DNA of 64,000 bases from Bacteroidota bacterium. Lineage in GTDB: Bacteria; Bacteroidota; Bacteroidia; Cytophagales; Cyclobacteriaceae. The notes below the pieces were generated by a model. The model searched no databases, was not told the DNA's origin, and was given only the letters and a program-made list of their open reading frames with translations. Shown piece after piece: positions 29,062-38,596 of the stretch (position 1 is the stretch's first letter; the number at the start of each line of letters is the position of its first letter). The stretch is from NCBI GenBank assembly GCA_039026865.1, contig JBCCLN010000001.1, forward strand, positions 1,011-65,010, given 5' to 3'. Position numbers and translations under genes: made by a program.

Positions 29062-29475
29062 TCAAAGACCTTCTTCAGAAAATTTTACATTATAGGTTTT
29101 ATAAATACTCCATTTATCTGATTCTTTACTTTTCTTATCCTTAATTTCATCTAGCTCTTCAAGATTCCATTGAATGATCCGTTTAAAATTTCTTGGCCTT
29201 AACATAGTCTCTAATGTAAAGTACTTTAATTGAACGCTGCTTTTGCTGGCTTTATCTTTTTGACGCTCAAAAGCTTCAATTATTTCTACTAATAATGGAT
29301 CGAAAGCTTCAAGGGTATAGCCTTTAAAATAATCTTCAAGCCTTCTCTCCAAGTGTCCTACTTCAAGGGCATCCAACTTTTTCTGTCTGGTACGTGGCTT
29401 CACTTCCGTGATCATATCCAAAAGCCGGTGGCCCAGGTACTTGGCCTTTTCTTTGATGTATTGATCTTTAGTCAT
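29062..29475 (-). CDS. Hypothetical protein
   Basis: Overlaps the sigma factor stop. Confidence 0.6.
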   Translation of the reverse strand: MTKDQYIKEKAKYLGHRLLDMITEVKPRTRQKKLDALEVGHLERRLEDYFKGYTLEAFDPLLVEIIEAFERQKDKASKSSVQLKYFTLETMLRPRNFKRIIQWNLEELDEIKDKKSKESDKWSIYKTYNVKFSEEGL

Positions 29476-30064
29476 TCGCTAATTCCTTTTGAAGTGCCTT
29501 CTTCCCCATATAAACACGCATCTTGGCAGTATCCACTTGTATACCTTCACACTTGGCAATCTCCTTTAGAGACCAGCCCCAATTATGACGCATCAGAAAA
29601 GCTCGGACATACTTTGGATTGATTTTGGGCAAAACCTTTTCCAACTCATCGCTTGCGCCCATGTCCGAAAAATGATGCGTATAATCTATAAAAAGCTCCC
29701 GGTCCTTAAAATACCTGTATTCAATCTTTGACTTTGGAGCATACCTCTGTATAAATGATTTTTTACCCTCTTCCATATCGTCATTTATATCAAAACCTAT
29801 CCATCTTTTCGCCTCAAGCTTACCCACATACCGGATCGTAATAGTGATCAACCATGTTTGAATATTCTTTTCGGTCTTGAATGTGTCGATATACCTGAAA
29901 AGTGATATCAATACCTCCTGGCAATAATCGCCATAATCGGAAGGGTTACTCGTGTAAGTCCTTACCGTGTCATAAATCAAGCCCAAATTAGGCTCTACGT
30001 ACTTTTTAAATAATAACGTACGCTCAGCATGAGAACCATCTTTATCTACTTTCTTTCTTCCCAT
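29468..30064 (-). CDS. ECF-like sigma-70 factor
   Basis: Region 2 (DYCQEVLISLFRYIDTF...IQTWLITITIR) and region 4 (AFLMRHNWGWSLKEIAKCEGIQVDTAKMRVYMGK). Confidence 0.88.
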   Translation of the reverse strand: MGRKKVDKDGSHAERTLLFKKYVEPNLGLIYDTVRTYTSNPSDYGDYCQEVLISLFRYIDTFKTEKNIQTWLITITIRYVGKLEAKRWIGFDINDDMEEGKKSFIQRYAPKSKIEYRYFKDRELFIDYTHHFSDMGASDELEKVLPKINPKYVRAFLMRHNWGWSLKEIAKCEGIQVDTAKMRVYMGKKALQKELAND

Positions 30065-30114
30065 CTACTCTATAAAGATTCTAAAAATTATATGCTTTCT
30101 AATGATTCCTAAGT

Positions 30115-30744
30115 TTATATGTTTTCTAAAGGTTCTATTGGTTCTTTAAGAAAATCATCTAACATTACCACCGGAAACCGGATCTTCCTGGTCTGCTTGC
30201 CCGAATCAGTCATTAAATAGCGTTTAGGCGTAAAGGTGTCTACGAACAATGATGACGTTGGAATGAGCTTACCCGCCTTGCTTACATGAGGGCGTACCAC
30301 TGCCTTTTGCACATAGCATTCAAACTTTTCAAATACCCACTTAATATTTATTGTTGCTAACCTGGTCATGTTATGCATGTCAAAGGCCGACTTTATCTCT
30401 ACCAGGCTTGAATCATCTTGAGCAATGAAATAAGGCATTTTTTTAGGGTTATCCAAAAAATTAAGGTTTGTGTAAAAAACGCCCTCAGCCCTCTTATCCC
30501 AAAAGATTTCAAAGTCCGGGGTATACCGATGTCCTTCTAGAATCTTCGTGCTTTTACACACCTCCTTTACCTTCGTCTTAAGCTGCCGCTTTTGTATCCA
30601 CTCATAGGTTACTGGACCACTTAGAGCAAAACTTTCAATATCCCGGTTATAAAACTTTATAAATCCTCTCCCTTGTAGTTCATCAAGCCACCAGGCAAAA
30701 TATTGCTCCTCTTCGCTATCGAATTTCATTGCTTCCATTAACAC
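30115..30744 (-). CDS. PD-(D/E)XK endonuclease-like protein (DUF1064-like)
   Basis: FDSEEE, YTPDF, VEIKS. Confidence 0.6.
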   Translation of the reverse strand: MLMEAMKFDSEEEQYFAWWLDELQGRGFIKFYNRDIESFALSGPVTYEWIQKRQLKTKVKEVCKSTKILEGHRYTPDFEIFWDKRAEGVFYTNLNFLDNPKKMPYFIAQDDSSLVEIKSAFDMHNMTRLATINIKWVFEKFECYVQKAVVRPHVSKAGKLIPTSSLFVDTFTPKRYLMTDSGKQTRKIRFPVVMLDDFLKEPIEPLENI

Positions 30745-32636
30745 GCTATCTTGCTCTCTCCGTTTTCTTTCTCAATAGTGATCGAATGCTCATAGTTCTC
30801 ATAAACAGCGCCATGACTTACCATTAGCACCGTCGTATTAAGCTGATTCATAGCCCCGATCATCGCCATCAATCCTTCTGCATCACTGGAATCAAGAATC
30901 TCATCAATCACCAATAAATTCAGCCCCTTGCCATCCTTAGCATTTAAATTGATCAGTTTGTTAAAAGTGAGAATAATAGCCAGATTGATTCTGGCCTTCT
31001 CACCATTGGAATTCTTATTAAAGCTTCCAATCTCCTGTCCATCCCGGATAAGGGTCGCTCCGATCTTATCCCGGATTGCTCCACTAGCCAACCTCGACAC
31101 ACCACTGAGCCTGATAGATATATCAGAGCCTATCGACGCTAAATAGTCGTTGGCAAGTAGCTCAATAGATCTTATCGACTTGTTCGCCAAATGCGTCTTA
31201 AATCGCTTGAATACATCCTGTTGGAAAATCAATTGCTCAACTTCTCTTCTCACCTCTTCCACTTTTTTGTCCAGTGGAGCCAACTCTTTTTCAAGCTTGG
31301 CAACTTTATTCCTTAAAGGTGAGATAAGGTCGACTTTCTCTTCTACTGCTTCTTTAGCATCTGCAATGAGCAGATCAAAATACTCTATCCGGGAAGCACA
31401 TATGCCCATATCACTTTCAATTCTTTGAAGCTCCCTTTTCAGATCAACCTGACAGACCTCCAATTTCTCTTTCGCATTTTTTAAACAACTCAATTCCTCT
31501 TCAATCTCACTTATTTCTTCTTCTATTTCTTCTTTTGCCTTATTCTTAGCCTTACCTTTCTCAATAATCATAGACTCCTCTTCTTTTAGAGAAGCAAGGT
31601 TCTTCTTTTCTTCTAAAGGGCTAAAATCTTCATCTGAAACATCAAATTCGTGAGAGCATAAAGGACATTTTACTGTACCTTGTAACTGCACCTCTAATTT
31701 TCTGATTGAGGAGTGAATAGTATTGAATTGTTCTTTCTTTTCTTTTATAGATACGATTAGCTTATTATATTCTTCCTTGGCATCCTGCATATCAGCTTTT
31801 GCATTTGCCCAGTCTTCATTCTCATCAAAATCCACTAATTGCTTGGCAAGTTCACTTTCTTCTTTTTTAATCCGATTCAGCGCAGACTGAAGACTACGCT
31901 TTTTTTGAACTTGACCGGCCTTGTCTCTCCTGTACTCCACAATCTTATCCTCTAGCGTGGGCTTTTCTTCTTCTTTACTCAAAGCTTCACGTATACTTTC
32001 ATTGGTAACATCAATCTTACCTTGCATAACTCTAATTTGTGCATCCTTCTCCGCCAGTTCATTCTGCACATATTCAAGGTCTTTTTCTAGTTCCTCTATA
32101 GCCTGGTCCACTATGTCACCATTACTAAACCGGTTGATTGTCGCTTTTTTCTTGGTATCACTTACATTTAAAAAGGGTTCAAACCGACTTGCTGAAAGGA
32201 TAAAGTAATTGTAGATATCCTCTGAAGGTACACCTATTTGCTCTTCAATAAAATGATTGACTGAATCGGTAGACGTTACATCCTTTGCCACGTCACCATT
32301 TATTTTCACAAATACCACGGATGATTTTTTAGGGTATACAACCCGCTCTATTTCCATCAAATCATTGGTCTGCGAGTTGGTCAGTTTCAGGTAAATTGAA
32401 CTGTTCTTTGCTCCATTTCTTACTAACTCACCATTTTTAACCTTACGGAGCGGGCTGCCGGTCAACCCCATCGCTATGGCTTCCAGCAAAGCAGACTTCC
32501 CCGATCCGTTAGAATGCTGACTATCATTGTCTTTATTATGTCCGTAAATAGTGGTCACCACCCCATTTTCAATGAGGTAGCTAAAAGCCTCAAAGGACAT
32601 CAAATTAGTCGCTTCAACTTTTATCAACGACCACAT
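30738..32636 (-). CDS. SbcC/Rad50/T4 gp46-like ATPase
   Basis: Walker A NGSGKS, coiled coil with CPLC hook, signature SNGEK, Walker B IDEILD, VSH. Confidence 0.92.
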   Translation of the reverse strand: MWSLIKVEATNLMSFEAFSYLIENGVVTTIYGHNKDNDSQHSNGSGKSALLEAIAMGLTGSPLRKVKNGELVRNGAKNSSIYLKLTNSQTNDLMEIERVVYPKKSSVVFVKINGDVAKDVTSTDSVNHFIEEQIGVPSEDIYNYFILSASRFEPFLNVSDTKKKATINRFSNGDIVDQAIEELEKDLEYVQNELAEKDAQIRVMQGKIDVTNESIREALSKEEEKPTLEDKIVEYRRDKAGQVQKKRSLQSALNRIKKEESELAKQLVDFDENEDWANAKADMQDAKEEYNKLIVSIKEKKEQFNTIHSSIRKLEVQLQGTVKCPLCSHEFDVSDEDFSPLEEKKNLASLKEEESMIIEKGKAKNKAKEEIEEEISEIEEELSCLKNAKEKLEVCQVDLKRELQRIESDMGICASRIEYFDLLIADAKEAVEEKVDLISPLRNKVAKLEKELAPLDKKVEEVRREVEQLIFQQDVFKRFKTHLANKSIRSIELLANDYLASIGSDISIRLSGVSRLASGAIRDKIGATLIRDGQEIGSFNKNSNGEKARINLAIILTFNKLINLNAKDGKGLNLLVIDEILDSSDAEGLMAMIGAMNQLNTTVLMVSHGAVYENYEHSITIEKENGESKIAC

Positions 32637-32697
32637 ATCAGTTTTTTATAAGCCAGAATCTTATCCGTAGTGGGAATAGTACAAACTGAATAACCAT

Positions 32698-33774
32698 TTA
32701 CAACGCCTTCAAATAGTCCAAACCTAATTCCTTTTCCAACTCCTGGTCTACACAAAAAGCACCATACTCTTTGATTAACAGTTCTTTATCAAAACTCACA
32801 AAAGAGGCTTGCCGCTCCTCACCTCTAATAGCCACACTCTCTTCCTTAAGCTGTAACCTGTCGGTACCCACTTCAGCAAAAGCCAGCTTATCTATCGTCT
32901 TCAGCTTACTTTCATCACCGGTCAAAATCACTCGTATGCGATCACCTGAATGCTTCTTCTTATGTGTAGCAATCTGATGCAGGAATTCACCGCCCGCCTC
33001 TTCCACAGCTCTTCGATAGGTATGGTATTCCGGCATCTCAGACTTTATAAATTTGTGCGATCCATCGTCATAGAGGATGGTAAACCCTTTATTTACATCT
33101 TCTCCAAAGTTTTGCTGGTGGGTAGACCCAACATAGTAAATCTCATATCCTTCAATTTGGCATTGATTATGGTAGTGGCCAACCAGTACTTTATCAAAAC
33201 CATCAAAGAGAGCCGCGGGTACCTCCTTATTCGTTGTAGCGTTTGCATGAGCCAATCCCCCATTGATTCCCACGTGGGTGATTAATAAATTGAATTTGTC
33301 CTTATCCAACTGCCCTTTTATCGCCTCTACACGATCTTTATAACTCCCTTTTTCTGGAAAGTAAGAAAGCATATGAATAACAACTTTGCCAAAGCCAGGG
33401 CTTCTCAAAATTTCATGAATCCCATGTATTCTAAAGCCCTTAGAGTCAAAAATACTTGGATACCCCTCAAAAGCTTCCTGGTTTACAAGGTCATGATTAC
33501 CTAGTATGGCATCAACTTCTATATCAGCGTCATCCAGGGCTCGGATCGTATTACTAATAGACAAAAGCACATTCAAAGGCTGTGCCGCTCGTGCTGTAAC
33601 CATATCTCCGCCGTGGAAAATTCTTCTCACTTTCAAGTCCTGGCACAAATCAATACACTGCTTCCAGACTTCTTCTATATCGGACGTATTGTTTTTTGTG
33701 AGGTGAGTGTCCGTGAGCAACACACCTATGGGAACTTTTGGCATTAAAAATCTCCCCCTTTTTATGTTCGGCAA
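32698..33774 (-). CDS. SbcD/Mre11/T4 gp47-like nuclease
   Basis: TDTH, GGD, GNHD, LVGHYH, GSTHQQNFGE; adjacent to the gp46-like gene. Confidence 0.92.
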   Translation of the reverse strand: MPNIKRGRFLMPKVPIGVLLTDTHLTKNNTSDIEEVWKQCIDLCQDLKVRRIFHGGDMVTARAAQPLNVLLSISNTIRALDDADIEVDAILGNHDLVNQEAFEGYPSIFDSKGFRIHGIHEILRSPGFGKVVIHMLSYFPEKGSYKDRVEAIKGQLDKDKFNLLITHVGINGGLAHANATTNKEVPAALFDGFDKVLVGHYHNQCQIEGYEIYYVGSTHQQNFGEDVNKGFTILYDDGSHKFIKSEMPEYHTYRRAVEEAGGEFLHQIATHKKKHSGDRIRVILTGDESKLKTIDKLAFAEVGTDRLQLKEESVAIRGEERQASFVSFDKELLIKEYGAFCVDQELEKELGLDYLKAL

Positions 33775-33854
33775 AATAAGGCATTAAAAATACCCGAAAC
33801 TATCAATTCAATAGGTTTATTTGGCAATTTCTTTACCCCTTTTGATGCACCGTC

Positions 33855-34904
33855 TTAAAAGGGTGCTTTTTCAGCTCCTCCGGTTTTCTCAGCCTCAAGG
33901 ATGGCATCTAGCAAATCATCCTTGGTCATGCCTCGCCTTACCCGAATAGCTAAATCATTATCCATGATCCACTGCTTTAGCTCATTGCGATTCATGTCTT
34001 CAAAATCCTTATCCCCCTCTTCTTTTCTACTTTCTTTGCTCCCACCAGGAGCTTCGGTCAACATGGCTCTAAGCTCCGCTGCTATCTCTTGAAATTCTTC
34101 CTCCTCAAAGATGCCCAAATTATGCTCTTTGTCATACATCTTTAACCCACTCATGGCTTTATCAAACTCCCCTTGATGGTAAACGCCTTCAGAAAACAGC
34201 AGTTCAGTCAATGGCTTCTGCTCTTTCAACCAGGCAAGATCGTCATCTGTCAAGACATGCGCAGAATTAGTGGGAACGCTGACTTTGTACTTGTCATTGA
34301 CATTCGCTTTAGGATTATATTTAATGTTAATGATACAACCCTCTTTAATGTCTGAAACTATATCAACACCATCAGGGTTATCCTCATAGTCAACCAGAGA
34401 GGCATCATCGAGTTCTTTTAGTACGCTGATTTTATATTCTATGGGACCTCTTATCCACTTGTCACCTTCTTTTTTCTTCGCGTAGGACAGAAAAGTAGTT
34501 TTCGGAGAAATACGGGTTTCCCAGGCAGTCATTACATCCAATAAAGCACCGCGTTCTTTAACACTCAATTGAGTGTCTGAAAGAATGGTTTCAGTAGCTA
34601 TGCGTATATACTCCTCCACCACATCCCTTTCCTGTGCGCCATGATGTCTTGCATTTTTGATGGGCCTACGGCTCTTTATCTCCTCTCCGTCTTTTTCCCT
34701 AATATACGGCAGCCATGATACAACCAACTTCTGATAGTAGCTGTCTCTTTCAGCCGTTCCAGGGTGTGCTGGGAAAAATCTGATTTTATTTGTTCCCGGT
34801 TCTATTTTAGGTTCCTTTGAGGAACCATTTCTGATTTCATCATCCTGCTCCTTAATGTTTTTCAGAGTCATACCTTTCCACTCCTCGCGATTAATTTTAC
34901 TCAT
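33855..34904 (-). CDS. Probable ssDNA-binding protein (T4 gp32-like) with a C-terminal small helical (Rho-N/HeH-like) domain
   Basis: N-terminal KIRFFP strand pattern, acidic linker, tail ending in a hydrophobic residue; sits in the replication cluster. Confidence 0.55.
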   Translation of the reverse strand: MSKINREEWKGMTLKNIKEQDDEIRNGSSKEPKIEPGTNKIRFFPAHPGTAERDSYYQKLVVSWLPYIREKDGEEIKSRRPIKNARHHGAQERDVVEEYIRIATETILSDTQLSVKERGALLDVMTAWETRISPKTTFLSYAKKKEGDKWIRGPIEYKISVLKELDDASLVDYEDNPDGVDIVSDIKEGCIINIKYNPKANVNDKYKVSVPTNSAHVLTDDDLAWLKEQKPLTELLFSEGVYHQGEFDKAMSGLKMYDKEHNLGIFEEEEFQEIAAELRAMLTEAPGGSKESRKEEGDKDFEDMNRNELKQWIMDNDLAIRVRRGMTKDDLLDAILEAEKTGGAEKAPF

Positions 34905-35289
34905 CTGTTAAATTAAATTTTTCAGCTCTTAATTTCTTAAAATTTTAATGTAAATAAATCGGGCGTATCATTAAATGGAAAGTATACACTAACTTCATTT
35001 AAGTAAAATTTCGCCCATAATAATTAGTAATCAATCCATTTATCTAAAATTTTATTTTAAAGTATGTCGATTTTTAAGAAATTAACCGACATATAAATCT
35101 TTTACTGAATTCCACCCTTTTCTTCATCGTATGACCTTTTTCAGTTGATTTTATCATCTATAAAATTTCACCTCCTTAATTCCTTTAAGTTGTGATACAA
35201 ATTAAATTAGTGTATCTCTAAATTACAAGTATACATCAACTTATTATAATCAATTTTTATTTCAAATAGTTACTACCATAGTAGTCATT

Positions 35290-35748
35290 TCAAATTTTGA
35301 TATGAATTGCTTCAATATACAAATCCTGGTAAGAGGGATCGCTGACTTCTTGGGGAAGTGGTATATGCAAGTTCAACGTTTCCATTGCCCAAATACGTAC
35401 CTTCTCAATAAACAATATGAACTCTTTACTGGTTAATCCTCTAGTAGATCCTCCTATTTGCGTTTGATTTCCCGTAATGTCAATTCTCTTAGGGTTAAAT
35501 TTATATTTAAGTAATTCATGAATATCCTCGGCATCTATACCCGTATGCTGATGAATAGATCTCACTACCACTCCATGGTAGTATCTGTTAGCCTGCAATG
35601 ATCGGTTTTTTTTATGATCGCACAGATAAATTGTATATTCTGTATTCTCCTTAAGTCTCAGCTTTATGAAGTCCTTAGCTTTATCAAATTCGGATAACCC
35701 TTTATCGTCAAATTCTTCAACACTAAATTTAATCTTTCCTGCAATCAT
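35290..35748 (-). CDS. NinB/Orf-like recombination protein
   Basis: RSLQANRYYHGVV, IHELLK, STRGLTSKEFILFIEKVRIWA. Confidence 0.75.
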   Translation of the reverse strand: MIAGKIKFSVEEFDDKGLSEFDKAKDFIKLRLKENTEYTIYLCDHKKNRSLQANRYYHGVVVRSIHQHTGIDAEDIHELLKYKFNPKRIDITGNQTQIGGSTRGLTSKEFILFIEKVRIWAMETLNLHIPLPQEVSDPSYQDLYIEAIHIKI

Positions 35749-35994
35749 ATACTCTTTTAGATTTTACCAAGCCTATCTTAGCTCTAGTCAATAATATAAT
35801 TTTAGCCCTCTTTAATCTCCGATGAAAAGAAGATAAAAGCAAATCTTTAGCATCATTTATATTTTTTAACATCATGAAAATAGATGTAAAGCTAATAGAG
35901 GAGGTGATCTCTTAATTTCTCAAAAACAACAACAATCACCTTGACCACATTCTTCCCTATAGTAGAAAAGTTCATATATCGTAATGCATAGCCT

Positions 35995-37530
35995 TTACAT
36001 TTCCACAGCCATTAAATCAATGGAATCTTTCTCGGAGGTTATTTGCTCTTCATATGGGACAAAATACAATGCTCGCTTAGCCCTCGTTATCGCTACAAAT
36101 TGTAGGTTTTTCTCTTGAATAAGGGATTCCCGAGTCTTAGCAAACTTACTAGGTATAAGATCCCATCTAAGTAAAAATACCCGGTCTGCTTCAAGCCCTT
36201 TTGATTTATGTATACTGGAAAGTATAATCGAATTCTTCTGAGGGTGAAAAATATCTTGTATTCGGTCTATCAGTTGGCTAACGGTAGACACACGAGCCGC
36301 AAGGATTTTAAGGGCTTTGTTAATACTTTCCTGTTTTTGATACACTTCCGTATTAGATGGGACCCTAACGCCCTTCTTAAATAGTTGTTCTTTAATACTT
36401 TCTAGTAGATTGTCTAAATGAAAGAAGAAAGAAGAAAGCAACCGGTTTTTAAAAGGTCGGACAATCTTAAGGTATTGCCCGACCAATTCATCGCCTATAA
36501 TATACGCTTTCTTCCCTTGATCAATCAAATCAAAATAAGCTTCAATCAAAGGATCATTATTTCTGCAAAGTACAAAATCCCCCGCTTCCGCACAATCCAG
36601 TCCTTTCCAGTCCACAACCCCTTCGGGTGAGGAAGAATTAGTTGTTATTTCAGGACTGTATTTTTGCGCCTCTTCCACAATACGTTTTGCACATCTGTAG
36701 CTTACAGATAAAGGAAGGCAAGTCGTATTATTTCGCTCTGTAAACTTAGAAAAGCTATTGCTGTCTGCGCCACTGAATCCGTAAATCGCTTGATAAGGGT
36801 CTCCCACGCTGATAATTCGCTGACTGGTAATCCTATCAAGTAAAGCATGTTGACATAAATTTAAATCCTGGCATTCGTCAATCATCACCAGATCATAAGT
36901 AGTTGTGATTACATGCGCTAAAGTGACTGGAAGATAGACCATGTCGGTAAAGTCAATCTCATACTTACTACCAGAAGGTAAATTTTGCCTGTTATTATAT
37001 AAATCAACGATAGAGTGAAAGGCTAAAAACTCATGTACCGATACAGGCAATTCATATTTTAGAAATAAAGCTTCAATTGCATCAGTGTCCCGGATATCTG
37101 TCAGCGTTACCCTTACCATATTCCAGGCGTTAGCAAGGTCATATTTTGATTTAGCAATAGTAGTAGGCGGTAAATCACTATTTGCAAAGAGCTTACCGGC
37201 CAAACGATAGCTCTTTTTCTCATTTACCTTTACTGCACTACCATAAGTCCTAAATAACATATTATTTCCCAATGAATGCAAAGTACTAACTTTGAATTTA
37301 GGAGGCAAACGTTTACCTAGTTCCTCTACAATAGACCTATTAAAGGCTACGAAGATAGAATTAAGTTCCGAAGGAAGCAACTTTGATATTTCTACCAAAG
37401 TAGTAGTTTTTCCAGACCCCGCAGTCGCCTTAACTAATATATTATTCGAGGAAGTTAATACTTCTTTGAAAATAGCCCTTTGATGTCTTGAGTAATTCAC
37501 TCTTGTAGAAATATTTAATAATTTTAACAC
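35995..37530 (-). CDS. UvrD/Rep-type SF1 helicase
   Basis: ATAGSGKTT, IDECQD, VGDPYQAIYGF, SYRC, SIHKSKGLE, VAITRA. Confidence 0.93.
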   Translation of the reverse strand: MLKLLNISTRVNYSRHQRAIFKEVLTSSNNILVKATAGSGKTTTLVEISKLLPSELNSIFVAFNRSIVEELGKRLPPKFKVSTLHSLGNNMLFRTYGSAVKVNEKKSYRLAGKLFANSDLPPTTIAKSKYDLANAWNMVRVTLTDIRDTDAIEALFLKYELPVSVHEFLAFHSIVDLYNNRQNLPSGSKYEIDFTDMVYLPVTLAHVITTTYDLVMIDECQDLNLCQHALLDRITSQRIISVGDPYQAIYGFSGADSNSFSKFTERNNTTCLPLSVSYRCAKRIVEEAQKYSPEITTNSSSPEGVVDWKGLDCAEAGDFVLCRNNDPLIEAYFDLIDQGKKAYIIGDELVGQYLKIVRPFKNRLLSSFFFHLDNLLESIKEQLFKKGVRVPSNTEVYQKQESINKALKILAARVSTVSQLIDRIQDIFHPQKNSIILSSIHKSKGLEADRVFLLRWDLIPSKFAKTRESLIQEKNLQFVAITRAKRALYFVPYEEQITSEKDSIDLMAVEM

Positions 37531-37635
37531 TATTGAGATCTAATCGAAAGTCGATTACTTTATACCCGTTGTGTTATCTCATCTCAATGAATATTACTTG
37601 AATATCTCGGGTAAAACAAAACTCATTCTTATTTA

Positions 37636-37914
37636 TTATTTATCAAGAGGAAAAAGTGGTAGCTGTATATAACGAGGAAAAATATTTCTTGTAACAAATT
37701 CTTCGATATTTGAGCACGCCAAAAAGTCGGAACTCCATTTGCGGATCGTCTTCTCGTCTATCTCAAGTAGATTAACGATATGGGATAGATCATATCCCCG
37801 ATTAATCAATTCGATACACTTCAATTTATCAGCTACTTTTTTGTCGAGGGTACAATGTTGAATGTCGAATAAATCCCGAACATTTTGTTTGCTTAGAGGA
37901 AATTCCATAATCAT
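37636..37914 (-). CDS. Small HTH DNA-binding protein
   Basis: GYDLSHIVNLLEIDEKTIRKW HTH; ends in QLPLFPLDK. Confidence 0.65.
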   Translation of the reverse strand: MIMEFPLSKQNVRDLFDIQHCTLDKKVADKLKCIELINRGYDLSHIVNLLEIDEKTIRKWSSDFLACSNIEEFVTRNIFPRYIQLPLFPLDK

Positions 37915-38085
37915 TTAAATTTATACAAAATCAGCAAAATGGATATATTTTTTCAAGTAATTATTACCATGGTTATAGCGAACCTTTCAATCTTATTATA
38001 ATCTTAATGTAAATATAAACAGTTACGCATTTTATGTCTTTCAAAAGTATATATAGGCCTATGTATACTGCAAATATATTTTCAA

Positions 38086-38514
38086 CTATTTTTCTAATTC
38101 ATCGATAAATTTTTGAATTGATGCAATAACTTCTTCGCGATCTTTATGTATCTTATCTTTATTTTTACGGATATAACTAAGCGCCCTTCGCATTCTTAAA
38201 TTATTATAATAATCAACGTGTTTAGGATTAATAGCCTTCTTGCGTGTAACATGAAGTCCATTTTTGCGATATTCTTTCAGGTATATAGCGTAGCGCTTAG
38301 TTCTAAAAGAAGGGTTATCTGAAAAACCGATAACCCACTCAATTAAAGATACTTCAGGTTTATAGTCTAGCTTTTTGCTTGGACATATTACGGTGTACAG
38401 TAGAGGTTCATGTAGAAAAATAAACCTTCCCACGTGAGTATCAATAAATCTTCTGCGCTGATAAGAACCATTAGGTCTTCCCCTTTTTTGCTGTACTTTT
38501 TGTTGTTTTTTCAC
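38086..38514 (-). CDS. Basic hypothetical protein with an AT-hook-like KRGRP motif
   Basis: Lys/Arg-rich 142 aa ORF. Confidence 0.55.
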   Translation of the reverse strand: MKKQQKVQQKRGRPNGSYQRRRFIDTHVGRFIFLHEPLLYTVICPSKKLDYKPEVSLIEWVIGFSDNPSFRTKRYAIYLKEYRKNGLHVTRKKAINPKHVDYYNNLRMRRALSYIRKNKDKIHKDREEVIASIQKFIDELEK

Positions 38515-38596
38515 CCTCTATAGGCTTTTCCTTTTTCAAGTCAATAGCTTTTCTAATATTAAAAGTCTTGCCTTTCAATATGCTCGCTTTTTTCAT

